DNA of 64,000 nucleotides from Zygnema circumcarinatum SAG 698-1b (taxonomy: Eukaryota > Plantae > Zygnematophyceae): the NCBI GenBank assembly GCA_037447605.1, contig CM074804.1:4069909-4133908 (forward strand), in the 5' to 3' direction. A program made the position numbers and the translations under genes. Within the stretch, counting starts at the first letter, position 1. Each line of letters begins with the position of its first letter. The notes beneath the pieces are model-generated. The model had not been told where the DNA came from. It worked only from the letters and a program-made list of their open reading frames with translations, and did no database searches. Positions 12,068-32,100 of this stretch are shown piece by piece.

Positions 12068-15000
12068 ATGGCTTCCAACTTTTTTGACGACATTCTGGCA
12101 GGCGATGTGTACAAGTATTATGCGGAAGGAGAGTGGAAGGTTTCCTCGTCCGGGAAATCTGTGCCGATTTATGATCCAACTACGCGTCAGATGGTATTTA
12201 AAGTGCAAGGTTAGACGAATGCCTTCGCATTTGAAGGGATGTTTGAAAAAAGTTTTGAAGGTCTATTGGAGTGAAATGGTTTGGAACTTTAATAGCTTTT
12301 TGAGTAAAATGTGACATGTGAAAGGGAGAGGGAAGTTCAGGTTGCGACAGGGATGCATTTGTGTCTTGTGAGGTGTGTTGGACCTCTCAACTTTTGTTAC
12401 ATCTTCAAAGAAAGACTTCGTCTTCATGTGGCTCCTGCTAACTTCTTTCAGTTGCCATTGATATTGTTTGTTTTGATCTGTTATTTGACCGTCTCTTCTC
12501 AGCTACCTATGCATTCCTACAGAATAGAGTTTTTTGAAAAGGCTGATGAAACAATCTGTTAAAATGGCATCTGAGCTTGAATCTAGTTGAAGCCGAATCT
12601 TTTTTGTGCTTTTTGCATCGAATCTGTTACGACGATTACTTTTGTGGATTGCTGATTAGTAAAGCAATACCTGTCGTCCCTTCATTAATCCCATTTGCCC
12701 ACTTTGCTTACTGTTTATCTTTGAGATGAACAATCTGGAGGGAGAAGCATCTGATGTCGGTGTTTTTTCCTTTGTTGTAAAAAATTACTTCCCAACTGGC
12801 ACGCAGTGAAAAACATTGATCTATGACAGCGCGTTATAGACGACTGTTGGATTCCACTATTAGTTTGATATGTTCATCTGCTGTGTTTGCTTCTCTTTTA
12901 TTCTGTTTCTGAATGAATAAGTACAAAGTAGAATGATCTTCCTCATTCCTTATGCCATTTGTCCATTTTGCAGCTTGCACGCAGGAGGAGGTGAACAAGA
13001 TCTTTGAGGGTGCTAAAACTGCACAGAAGCAGTGGGCGAAGACGCCACTTTGGAAGAGAGCTGAGCTTTTGCATAAGGCAGCCAGCCTCTTGAGAGAGAA
13101 CAAGGCCCCTATTGCGGATTCGTTGGTGAAGGAGGTAGCCAAAGCTGCAAAGGATTCAGTCAGTGAGGTCAGTAAGCCCGTAATTGTTTTCTTTCCATTT
13201 TTGCCATTGTGTTGGCCTTCTCAACCTGTAGAAGTGTCAGTTTTGGAGTAATGAATGCCACTACTGTTATTGCTGTTTGCTCCAGGTTGTCCGGTCTGCA
13301 GACCTTATCTCGTACACTGCGGAGGAAGGTGTGCGTCTTCTGTCGGATAACAAGTTTATCACCTCTGACAGTTTTCCAGGAACTGACAGGACGAAGCTCT
13401 GCTTGAGTTCCAAGGTACGCCACAATCGGCTCTCACAAAATATACAGAAGCGAACGGTAAACCAGGTTAATGTGCTCCATTTCGGCTGATACCGAGTTTA
13501 AGATCTGATAAATTTGTACTTTTTTCTTTGATACTTGTAAAGATTTATTTGCTTATCTTCAGGGAGGGTGCCAATAGTTTACATTGCATTTTATCGACCC
13601 CTGAGCGTTTACTTATTTGTTTGGCTGTGCCAATTGCAGGTTCCTTTGGGAACAGTCCTATGCATTCCTCCGTTCAACTATCCCGTAAACTTGGCTGTAT
13701 CTAAACTCGGGCCTGCACTTATTGCTGGAAATGCGGTGGTTCTTAAGCCTCCAACCCAGGTGCTATTGACGACAACGTCCCCCTTTTTTTCTTACTTCAG
13801 CTCCCCCCCACCTCACCCTCCAACCTCCACCTGAACCCGTATTTCCTCTTTTTGATTCTATAGAACCATAAATTGTGGAGCAGTCTGATCCAAGAAAATA
13901 TCTTCAAGCATATCTGTCTGTCGAACATTTGGTGCCAGGAAGGTCATTAGCCGTTTCATTTTTTTTCCAGGGTATGAATTTAAAAGGGTGGAGTATAAAT
14001 GGACAGAAGAAATATGTTTCAGCTATCCACTGATCATTCTATAGTTTTCTGTTGTCATTAACGCATCACCTATTGGTCGATTGCACCTTCCCTATTTTCA
14101 GCTCTCCTTCCTCTCACCCTACCTCTCTCGCTCTCTCTCGTTCTCTCACTGACCAAGATTTATGTGCGCAGGGAGCTGTTTCTGGTCTTCACATGGTACA
14201 ATGCTTCGCAGCAGCCGGCTTTCCCAAGGGCCTGATCAGTTGCATCACTGGGAAGGGATCTGAGATTGGAGATTTCCTCACTATGCACCCTGCTGTGAAC
14301 TGCATCAGGTGGGCCAATCTATAAAGCAAGTTAGAGATTTTTAGTTAGGCCTATAGAATTTATAAATGTTATGATACTCCCGATGGCTTGACGGAAACAA
14401 ACAGATTTTCGGTACTTTCACAGTGGGATATGTCCAACTTGTAAGGCGCTCGACCATCCAGTAATTTATCACCTATCATCATTTGTTACACATGACAGGT
14501 CAACAGACTAATTTCTATGATGCATATCTGAAATTGCACATCATATCAGTTGTTTCAAACACCTTTCCTACATTGATGGCATCTCCACATGTGTTCCTTC
14601 ATCGTTGCTGTGTGTTCTTTCTCTGCCAGCTTCACTGGAGGTGATACTGGAATTGCGATTTCCAAGAAGGCGGGAATGGTCCCGCTCCAAATGGAACTGG
14701 GAGGGAAGGACGCCATGATTGTGTTGGAGGATGCTGACTTGGACCTTGCTGCTGCGAATGTTATCAAGGGAGGTTTCTCCTATAGGTATCTTCCATCTCC
14801 CATACAACTGAAGCAGATTTCTTTTGCTTGTTCAGAAGGGCCCAGGGTCATTTCACTCATCACTAGCCGAGAGCAAGAGTTCCTTCCTCTGTCCATAAAT
14901 GCGGTTTATCAGATGCCCCTATACATATTGTACAATACAAATAACTCTGAATGTGTGGACTTTTATCTGTTAAACGGAGCTTTAGACTTCTAATTCATTT

Positions 15001-16994
15001 TTTTTTAACGATTTAAGTGGAGGGCGGTGATTGTTCCCACCAGAGGGTATGAACAGTAATAGTGCAAAGTTTCCAGCAATATTGGATGCCTATTAGTTGA
15101 AATATAGCACATCCCTGAAAACCGTAATGTTTACTTAACCCTTACAACTCGTAGTCTATTGGCTCACTGATTGATTATATACGTGCAGTGGACAGAGGTG
15201 TACTGCTGTTAAGGTGATCCTTGTGATGGAGAGCGTTGCGGACGAGCTGGTGGCGAAGATTAATGAGAGAGTGGCCAAGCTCAAAGTGGGTGATCCCAGA
15301 GACAATGCTGAGATCACTCCAGTGGTCAGCGAGTCCTCTGCAAACTTCATTGAGGGACTGGTGAAGGATGCGGAAGCAAAGGGTGCTACATTCTGTCAGG
15401 TGAAACTCAGATAGCAGACATCCCTTCACTTACTATGTCCTGATTGATTGGTGGAATAGCAACATATGGGGGAAAGCGTCTTCTCTTCATATTTTACCTT
15501 CTGTACACAAAGTTTATTCCTTAACTTTCGCTGGGTGCTGGTTGCTGAAAGCTCCCTGAACCCGAACTATTATTCGCAATTACAACGCAATTACGTGTCT
15601 TCCAATTAATTTTGTATGATAGAAATTCAATCTTGAGGAAGGTTGACCTCTTAATTTTACTCCTTGTCCGTTCAAAGTCAACAGTCGCCGTAGCAAAGTG
15701 GAAGAACTGATAAGGCAATCAAATTATTCTTTTGCTTAAATTCAGTGTGATCTTTCTCCTTTTTCTGTTGTCCTTCCGTTCGTTCATGACTTCAGGAGTA
15801 CAAGAGAGAGGGCAACCTCATCTGGCCCCTTCTTGTAGACAACGTCAAACCTGACATGCGGCTTGCATGGGAGGAGCCCTTCGGTCCCGTCGTCCCCGTC
15901 ATTAGAATCTCCACTCCTGAGGAAGGCATTCATCACTGCAATGCCAGTAACTTTGCCCTGCAGGTCAGTACCTCGCTCTCCCTCTCACTCACTCTCTCTG
16001 AATCGCACTCTCTCTCTCTTTTGTTGTGTTTCAAGGTAAGAGATGAGGTTATGAATAGATTGCGAATAGCACCTGTCATTTCTGGGGGCGTTATCATTTG
16101 ATTTTGTTTCGTTGATATGGACCGTGACTGTCGGTACAAACATCTACCAAACAAAAGTAATTCCAATTTTCATATATGTATTCAAACGAGGTGATTTTTG
16201 ACGCCAGCTGATGCTGTAATACCTGTTCCGTATCTGTAAGAGTGTTTGCGAATCAGCAGTGGGAGAGTTGACAACGCTAAGATTTCCCTGTGACTGATGA
16301 TTTGTCATTCTTGCATGGTCTGAGTGACCTTTCCTTTTCGTTTTGTATCAGCTCCTTTCAATTGACTGAAGTCTCTCGTTGTTGACATTATCCATGCTGC
16401 TGGGGTTGAATACCACACCCTCGTGACTATTTCTACTGTCTATCCCCTATAATTTTGCTAGGTTAGGGGGGATACCGCACATCGTCATTGGCAAGAGCCA
16501 AGTTTACCATTTATTGTTTAAGTAACCATAAAATTATTTAGGTCAACTGAACAACCCAGAATAGCAACCCAAGTTTCTAAGAATTCTTCTTGTGCTGTGC
16601 AGGGCTGCGTGTTCACCAAGGACATCAACAAGGCCATCATGATGTCGGATGCCATGGAGACCGGCACTGTACAGATCAACTCAGCACCCGCTCGAGGACC
16701 TGACCACTTCCCCTTCCAGGTACGCTGAAACATACTCATAGAATTTTAATTTCTGCACAGTATCCGTGTATTTCCCATAGGATTTGAAGTGTATGGTAAG
16801 ACAATGGAAAGCCTACTCATGGTTTTCTTGTGTGTTCGTGTGCTTATGTTATGCTTCAAATTTGTTATCTGGGTCTGCAGGGATTCCGTGACAGTGGCAT
16901 TGGGTCCCAGGGTGTGACCAACAGTATTCTGATGATGACTAAGGTGAAGAGCACTGTGATTAACCTCCCGGGCCCGTCGTACTCTATGGGATAG
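12068..16994 (+). CDS. GAPN: Non-phosphorylating NADP-dependent glyceraldehyde-3-phosphate dehydrogenase (ALDH11), about 10 exons
   Basis: Exons give [56 protein letters not shown] (catalytic Glu), [14 protein letters not shown] (catalytic Cys), WEEPFGPV and [17 protein letters not shown], ending [11 protein letters not shown]. Confidence 0.97.
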
Positions 16995-18288
16995 AAGGAA
17001 GCCGGACTTGAAACACTGAAATCTGGGAGGTGCTAAGCAACTGGATGCCGATTCATTATTGAACATGGGAGGAGGGACGAGCGGAGGAAAAACTGCCAGC
17101 TTGTTTTGTGAATGAAATGGCCAAACGAGAGATTTTGATGATACAACACTTAGGGAATGGGGACGATACTTAATAGCATGCCGCTGCGGCGGCTCAAAAA
17201 GCCGGAGGAAATGTCAGTAGTTGGTTAATACGTTGTACGGGAACTGCAGCCGGAACGAAATTGCATAGATCTCACCGTGCGGAGTCTTGTGAGGGCATTT
17301 TGAGGTTGAGGGTGGGAGCGGGGCGGAGGAGAGATGTGCGAGTGGGGCCACAGCGGATCTTTTCATTAGTTTGTAAAACAGAGCAGTTATTGGCATGGGA
17401 AGGGAAGGACTTGCTCTTGCAATGGGGAATCATTGAGAGGGGAGTGCCCTCCTCCTTTCCGTCACATAACGCTCTGACAAGATATGTTCTGAAGGGAGAT
17501 GCTTATATGTTATGTTAGTTGTTTTTTATCGATTGATTCTCCAGATGCAAGATTGAAAGACTTGAAATTCAACCACAATTGCCACCGTTCGCACATAAAA
17601 ACTGGTTTAATACTGATGATGAAAGACGTAGAGGTGACTTGGGCTTACGTACTCCGTGAGCATTCTTTGATTGACGTGGTTAGAAGTGTCAATGATGGAC
17701 CAGGAGCGGACGCTTCCTTCAGGCTACAGGGAAATGCCACAAATCTAAAATCGTGAGGGCGTACGGAAGGGCTTAATGGCCTCTCTGAGTCCATCGATCA
17801 AATCTGTAATTGGCGGTAAATCCTTTACAGCCTGCTTGTTCCTCCGCTACTCCGTGCACTCAAAACAAGCCCAAATAAACGACACCACAGACGCGACAAA
17901 TTGGCATAACAAGTACCACCACGCATGTGAACACTGTCGGCATCTGTCTGTCATCAGCAACAAGGAGGCACGGAAAAAGTCACCCAAAAAAAGACGAGTA
18001 GTCGGAGAATACCTATTTTGCCATGGTCGGAAATACAACAAAAAGAAATAAACAGTGCGACGAACGGCGATTCCTCGATTCCTTCATTTTCTATGGACAA
18101 ATCGGACAGTTAACTGCAATATTCAGCTGATCTGAACGTCACCTAAATCAAGAATGCAAGAACGTAGACGGAAAATCACAGACATCCAGCTGTTTCTTTG
18201 TCTGTTTGCTAATACACAACCAAAAACGGAAAGGATCAACTAACAGTTCATACGACTGCCACCTTCATCAGCTTCTGTTTGTCACAGA

Positions 18289-20693
18289 TCAGTGGTCGTG
18301 GCAGTGCTTCTCGTACGCCGCCTCATCCAGCAAATGGGACTTATCATGGGCGTCCACCTTCACTTTCAGCATCCAGCCTTCAGTGAACGGGCCCGAGTTC
18401 ACCTGTTTCATGCAGGCGGTTCCGTTAACGGCTGTACAAAACAATCAAGAGAAGAAAAAAGCTTCTGTGCGTTCGCCTATGTAAACCTTCCAGTAATATT
18501 ATCCTCCAACTAAAAAAGGTTTGTGTCTGTGAAAAGGGGTACACTCACCAAACCCGGACTGGCACTGAGCTCCTTATTGGTGTCTACCACTGTTCCGGAA
18601 ACCGGGGCATACACATCACTCGCAGCCTTCACACTCTCCACCACTCCAAAGGTCTTCCCGCTCTCCACTGTTGATCCCACCTCCGGCAGATCAATGAAGA
18701 CTACCTCCCCCAGCTCGTTCTGTACACAAAATCGACACAACCAACATCGACATCACTTCCATGACCAGAATTGACATCAACACTACTCCCATCAACGTTA
18801 CATCAAGCGTTGCACGGTAAAAAAAAAAGTCAGCTGTGCTGAGAATGCGAGGCCTGATAAAAAATTATGTTGCTATGGAGTATGTAGCAAACAAAATCTC
18901 CAGGTGCATCCATCTGGTGCAGGCCAGGCAGCAAATGGGGCACTGTCACTTGGAAATAAAGTGCTTTTCAATAAAGAAAAGTAGTGCCTCCTTCAGCAGC
19001 CATTGCTAAAACGGAAACGCGCGAGCGCAAAGAATATTTATAGAAGCCCAAAAAAAATCAAGGATAACCCTCCTAAAAATACCCATGCCCGTGTACAAAG
19101 CACCCATCTCAATCAGTTTCCCGAAGGATTGAACTCAGGCAAAGTGAGACAAAAGAGTACGACAAAACAGAGTACTTGTTACATTTGACATTTGAAAGCC
19201 TCACCCATTCCCATTACATGGGATCCCTCATTTCAGTTCAACGACGAGAACTATCCCCTCTCCGTCCTCACTACTTCAGCATCAGCTTAAACAGATTTAG
19301 CTCTCAAGCTTCTCACCTGCGCAAAGTGGGAGATTCCGACAGTCGCAACGTCTCCATCGAACTCCGCCCACTCATGCGACTTCAGGTACAACCTTCCCTT
19401 AGGCCCTGCAAGCCTCCCCTATCAGGACTCTCAGTACATATGTGGGTGTGACAGAGAAAGGGTCGGAGAAAAGAGTATTTGAAACACATTCCCATTATTA
19501 TCAGCATTATGTCTGTAGCTTTGACATGACATATAATATTTCCATGTTACCAACTGCAGAATAGAGCAAGCGCAGTGATGTACCTTCAGAATAACTTCTA
19601 GAGAGCGGGAGAACAAGATTCTGAGCAGGTCGCAGCCTCAAAATGGTCGCTGTTCGGGAAGCCAACAATCTGAAAAATGCAAACAAAACATCATACGAAC
19701 AATAAATACCGCATGCAAACAAATTACATTTTACACTAAGGCAAGAATTCTGCTGACGCTACAGCTCGACCTTTAAGGGTCAAAACATCCTTACACAAAA
19801 TGCAGGGGGTAAAGAGGTCCATATGTGATCAGTCCACATGCATGGATCCATTACATCATCCTCAGAGGTCTTAAAATGATGCAGCATTGCCATCATCAAG
19901 CGAGCAAATAAACAGAGATTCTGCAACCTTTCAGGCTTCAATCAGAACTAAAATGGCACACAAACTAACAAACAAGAGGGAAGAGGGAGGGGGGGAAGGC
20001 GAAAAGCAAAAGCTCTGCTGCGAGGTGCACACTTTCAGGATAACCTCTGAACTCTGCCTTCCACAATGCAACCAACAGCATTCGTGCAGCCACCCTCTTC
20101 TCCACACTTCTACCACTCTTCTTCCCTCCCTCCTTTTTTCCTTTCTTTTTTCTTTCTCCGTTTGCCTCCTTGCTCTGCACTTTCACGTCTGTCTCGTTCT
20201 CCTTTTCTTCCTTAAGCTTTACTCTTATTGTTTCCCTATCCCTCGTTCTCCCTCTCTCCATCCTGCTATGGATAAGTCAGATCATCCTCTCGCTCTAGTT
20301 CACACTCGCTACCTGTATTCTCGTTGGCTTTCTACCCTTCCCTCACTCCTTACTTCCCTTCTATCCTCTCAACATTCTGCTTTCATTCCTTTTCCTTTCC
20401 TGCCACTCTCAATCGGTCTCTGCATAACCACTGCCCTTCTTCCCCTCCATTGCTTCCATCCTCCATTTCCCCCCTCCCACTCTCTGCCTCCCACTTCTCC
20501 CATCCCCTCTCCACTTCACTCTTTCTCCTCCTCCTCCCCCCCCTCCCTCCCGTATCCTCTGCTCTCTCTTCTTCCCTACGCCCTGTCTCCCCGCCATCCT
20601 CGCCTCCCAGTCCTCAAACCCCTTTCCAACACTTTATCTCTCTCGTTCCTCCCCTCCCCTCCACTATCACATCCCACCGTACCTGAGAGCCAT
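18289..20693 (-). CDS. GDCH: Glycine cleavage system H protein, mitochondrial
   Basis: Exons give MALR (20693-20683) / [16 protein letters not shown]... (transit-peptide-like) / [24 protein letters not shown] / [15 protein letters not shown]...[19 protein letters not shown] (lipoyl Lys) / [15 protein letters not shown]...HCHDH*. Confidence 0.95.
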
Positions 20694-21163
20694 GGCGGCG
20701 CGTCGGATCTGCTTTACGAGGCTGTGAGAAGCGGGGCGCGAGGGCGAGGGTGGGCGAGGGAGAGGGAGCGAGAGAACGAGCTTGTGAGGGCGCGCAGGTC
20801 TCCGCGGCGGAGCGCCTCCCCTTGCCTGGAAGGAAGCGCCCGCGCGTCGCCGCGCGCCACGTGGCGGAGAGGATAACGCGCCCGCCGAATGCGGCGGAAC
20901 GGCAACCTCGCGGCCTCGCGCTCTATGCGGCACTCAGTTTACGTTAAACTGGGACAGCGATCGCCGTTCCCCACCACTGTCACGTGCTGCCCGCATGACC
21001 CGGGAATCGGTCATGGTAACCATACGATACGATACGATACGATACTCCTCGAGTACTGTACCGGCAGGAGGCGGCAGAGGGGCCCGGCAGGGCGTGGTCG
21101 CGGCCATGGCGGGCGGGTGAGGGGCGGGCCGCAGCCCTCAGCGCGGAGAGGCATGTCCTTCCG
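20694..21163. promoter_or_regulatory. Bidirectional promoter region between GDCH and TFB2
   Basis: About 470 bp GC-rich spacer between divergent starts, with GCCACGTGGC (about 20855), (GATAC)n at about 21022-21045 and GTACTGTAC at 21053. Confidence 0.6.
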
Positions 21164-27527
<6,364 letters not shown>

Positions 27528-28119
27528 CCAGGAAGGAGGGCTCCGACGGGAGGGGGGCGGGCAGGAGAGGCGGAGCTTGTGCTGCGGGCGGTGCGCTGGG
27601 GTGGTTGCTTTGGCAAAGACAGGGAGGGGGAGGTGCGCTGCTTTGGGGATATTGTGTGTATTTCCGTTTATAATGTTGTTTTGGTGCATTTTTGTGAATG
27701 CCTATTTTTGGGCCATCGCAGCTGAAGTTTGTGGGCCAAGTTGTATTGGAAGTTTGCCCTTTGAATACAAAGGTCCATGCGAAGGTGTGAAATTTCATAT
27801 TGGATGGTGGACTTTGGCACGATGTCTTTGGAGGCCGGCTCCTGAGAAGTCCTCCGCCATCAAGCCCTGCGCATATAAACTAAGGAAGCAGTGAACTGGC
27901 GAACGCTGTGAGCGTCGAGAGCACATCATTTGCCGTACAAACTAGTGGTGGCAACTTGCGACTAAGGGCTCCCAGCTTGCCAGTGGGAATTTGTTAGCCA
28001 CGCCTAAATCCCCGACAAGAGCGAGATATAGCAAAAAGCCTTATGAATTTTGCTCAAGTTGTAACTGTTAACTAATTACTAGAATTCATAGACTTTGACA
28101 ACGACTTTCACTACATTCG

Positions 28120-28215
28120 CCTTCCTAAGTCTTATGGTTGTTCCCCATGCTGACTTCGTCCATGAACATTTGATGGCCTCGCCCTCGAGAGATCAATGCC
28201 TCTTCCCACTTATAA
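28120..28215 (-). repeat. Dispersed repeat family A copy
   Basis: ttccccatgctgacttcgtccatgaacatttgatggcctcgccctcgagagatcaatgcc. Confidence 0.8.
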
Positions 28216-29120
28216 CAGACTTATGATACCCGCCATATTAAAAATTGGTTAGGTCATATACTAAGTGATTATCAGTGGCATTCGTTCATTACTTTCAACG
28301 AGTTGGATTCATCCTCCTCACTTTCTGGCATGTTTTTTTGTTAGTCATATGAAGCTAGTCACTATTTTTAATTCGAATTAGTGTTAGTATCTGACCCTCG
28401 TCAGGAATTGCGTGGTTCATCATGAATCTCGGATACAAAATCTTGTTCTCGCAGTGGACCTCCATTTAGATGCGTTTTGGTTCAAGAAATTTTCTGTGTG
28501 GACCGGTTCGATTAATGTGCCAACCTAATACAAACTCAATACCAGAAACCAGAAACCAGATCCAAAAGCAGAATTGAACTTGGGCCCTGACGATCCACCT
28601 TTTGAACTTTTTGAACTGCACTTCCCTGGACCATCTGTTGCTCCTCATTCAGATAAGCCATGATTCAAACATTTGTTTGAAGCCACCATCCTCATTAAGG
28701 TCCTGCACTCGCATGCATCCATAACTTTCTACATCGTCCATGTGCGTCCCTCCTCACCATAGTAGATCATCTAAAGCGCATGAGAGTGAAAGACAGAGTA
28801 ATACTCATATGACGGACTGCACCACACATAAACCCTACGGCTGCCACACAAACAGTGGCACAAGAAAAATAGCGCTTGGAGCCAATTGCAATCTCTGCAA
28901 AGAAGGTATTCCCTCCAGAGCTCCCCGTGCCTTCACATGTCTAGACCTCCACAGACCGAACGTACAATTCTACGAAAGCCTCTTGCATAGTCTTGGCCCA
29001 TCTCCGCCAACAGTAGCAGCAGGCGCAGGTACCATATATACAAGTCTTGCAGCCTGCACGGAGCCTTTAAATGCTTATAACAAATATGGCCTAAAGGGCG
29101 CCTAATGTGGTCTGCCGCGT

Positions 29121-32100
29121 CTACTCTCCGTCCCACTTCTCTTTCGCGGGTCCACCCACTTTAACCGTGTAGTTATGCTCACCTCCCTTATTCATGCCTA
29201 GATCCACTCTCGACTGCTGATCTGACTCACTTCGGTCGTCCACCTTCACGTCATCATAAGGCGTCTTCCAGAAGTTGACATCATTATAGGAGGAGTCCAC
29301 CTCTGCTCCAACGTCGGAGCTCACACTAACGCGCTCATTATGATCTCGCTCTTCAACTCGCTTAGCCTTCATAGGAGCTGCTTCGTCCACGATGCCTTCC
29401 CGGAAGGCCTTCTCCATGGCTTTCGCTGTACCCGCAGGCTCCATACTAATACCTCCTGATTCCACCTGGCAAGGAGCTGCGTCTGCCAGTCTCAATTTCT
29501 CTACAGAATTATCTGAATAGCACTCCACTGAGTCGACTACAATTGACGTTTCCTCCATTTTCGAATCTAACCGATCAATATATTTGTCAGCTTCAAGGGA
29601 ATTTAAATGCATCGTCTCGCCTCCAGAAGGCTGCTCCCATGTCTGCCTCTCCTTCAAAACGTGCTCCTCCACAGGGCCCGCCATACTGCCCTCTGCGTTC
29701 AGCTCTGACTCTCTGCTCGCTCCCCTTTGCTCTTTGCTTTCGCCCGTTCCGCGACCCACAACAGTCAACGAATCAACTTCCACAGTTTCAAAATCCTCCG
29801 AGCAAAGCTCAGAAGGGGAACCCACAGCTTTTTCTGGGAATACAGGAGGCCATACGGTAATTGTACCTCCTTGAGAGGGCCTTGTAAACACGTCCGGCTG
29901 ACTAACAAACTCCACTTGAGCCCAGTCTGAAGGGAGGTCTACAGGCTTGACATCTAGTCCATATACACGGTCGAATGAGGATAAGGTGTTAGAACTTAAG
30001 TCCATATGCGGTCCAGAGAAAAACCCAGTTTCAGAGGGAGTAGCACTATCAGCCGGTGAAGGGGCCATCTCTCCAAAAATGACAACCGGTCGATTACCCG
30101 AAAGGGTACTCGCGGGCACCCTCTCTCTCTCATACACTGTAGAGCTTCCTCTGACATCAAAGTCATCATCATCATCCTCCCCCTCAACGGGTGTTCCGGA
30201 GCTTTTGATCCCCATGAGTGTAGCTGCATCATTTGAAGCCTTGTTACTTCCATCAAGAAAAGCCCTTGGAGCATTTGCGAAGAGGTCGATTGGAACAACT
30301 TCCGGCTGCTCTGCTGGTCGCTGAACCCCACCTGTACCTGCAGCCTGTTGGATGGAGCCTGAGGGGTTCAAGTAATGCTCCATAACTGAGAAGGAAAAGG
30401 AAGGCCTTTGGGTGTTCACATGATCAGATAGCGTCGCAGACGATCCCTGAGAGTCTGCTGATGTGGGCGCGTCTGTGAATTCGAGAACCATAGGCTCTGA
30501 CAAAAACCCGACAGAATTAGCATTTGCTGCAGCTTCTTTACCAGAAGGATGAAATGGGAACCACGTGCCTCCTCCTCCAGTCACGCCATCCCTGCATGCA
30601 CAAAAAAAATGTGTCGTCTTTATGGTCAAAATTCGCGGACAACCAAGCCATTTAAGGTACAAAGAGAGAAAGTGCTAAAATTTTAAAGGAACCAGTGCCA
30701 AAGTAAAGAACTAGGCGACGCCCAATTGGTGTTCAATTTCAATCACTGCGTGACCGATCTATACTCAAACGCACATGCTACATTACACGATGAAGTAACG
30801 ACACACGACTTAGACACAAAGGCAGACCTCAAAAGGCAAGATATCGAGAAGCCCCTTACAGACTTAAACTTTGTATTCTTTACAGCATTAGAGACATACA
30901 CAGTGAGTGTGCACCCATCACTTTCACACAAATGCAAAATGGGGTTGAGACATGCGAAAATACACGTGGATCTCGTAAAAAACAGTCACTCATATGCATA
31001 GAGTTCCATGCAGCAACTGTTGCTGCCGCTGCATAACTGCTGATTAGTTCTAATAGCATATTGTTGGGCATCCAGGGTGTCACCCTCACCAATACGAGGT
31101 AAAGATACTTACTCTGTACCAGTGCTGCCAGGCTTAGTGACGACAGTGCTACTTTCTCCCTGAACAGGAGCCACTGGAGCACTTGTCGACATGGGTTTGC
31201 TTGTTTCGCTGTCTTCTTCATCACTGAGATAAAATAGGAGATAAGAAAAATCCTTGTCAGAAAGTTAGCAAGGGCTCGAACAAGAGAAAGTCTAAATGTG
31301 GTGCGAAATCTTCAACGCAATTGCAAGAAAATCCAAAGGAAAGCTGCGGAAGGATCCACTGCAGCGTTTTCGGTCGAGCACAATCTGGACTGCTGTAGCA
31401 TTGGTGATCTGCTAGACGAATTGGATAAGTTTATGAAAAGAAATATGTGAAGCCAAAAACAGCAAAACTATTCTTCAGTCAAACAAGGGCGGCTCTCCTC
31501 TCTGGGCACATGGCAGTGCAGCTGACCTGTCATTATCTTCAGAAACTCGTAAGCCGCCCATGGCTCTCTCTGCCCCTTCATACTGCACAACCAGAAATAA
31601 ACAAGTGGCCACTGTAAGCTTGAATAGGGCTTCCCAGACTCCACAAAGCGACACTTCCAATTACACAACATAACGAACAGGTGATAAAGGACGAGGGAAT
31701 AATGTCATGAATATCGTCAAATGCGGCCGTGATGTATCCCAGTAAGCGAAGAGATAAAGTGGAGTATGAAGAAAGACTTTTCTCGCGTGTGGAAGTGAGA
31801 ATGGTGAAGTCGGTCAGGAATTCCCACCATTTCCAGTGCCTCTAAATTTGGTCAATCAGATGGTAGAAAATCAAATGTTTGTCAAGACCGCAGGTACTTT
31901 TTTTCTCATTATCTAACCCTCAAAACAAAAGATAGATTTATTTGACCTGCCTTCACTTTCTGGAGATTTGCAATTTACCTCAGCATCCACTTCGTCCGCA
32001 TCCAGCATTCCATATCGATGAAACTCCCGTGGGAGATTGCTCGCCAATGAGATTGTGGAGATATCAAAGTCAGGACCATTTCTGACATCCTCCTCATCGC

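Noticed and set aside
17600-17800. Possible C/D-box snoRNA (TGATGA...CTGA)
   Set aside because: The spacing is too long, and there is no terminal stem or recognisable rRNA-antisense element; it is likely 3'UTR sequence.
19887-20876. 329-aa + strand ORF
   Set aside because: It is a low-complexity Ser/Leu/Pro product of a CT-rich tract antisense to GDCH intron 1, with no domain motifs.
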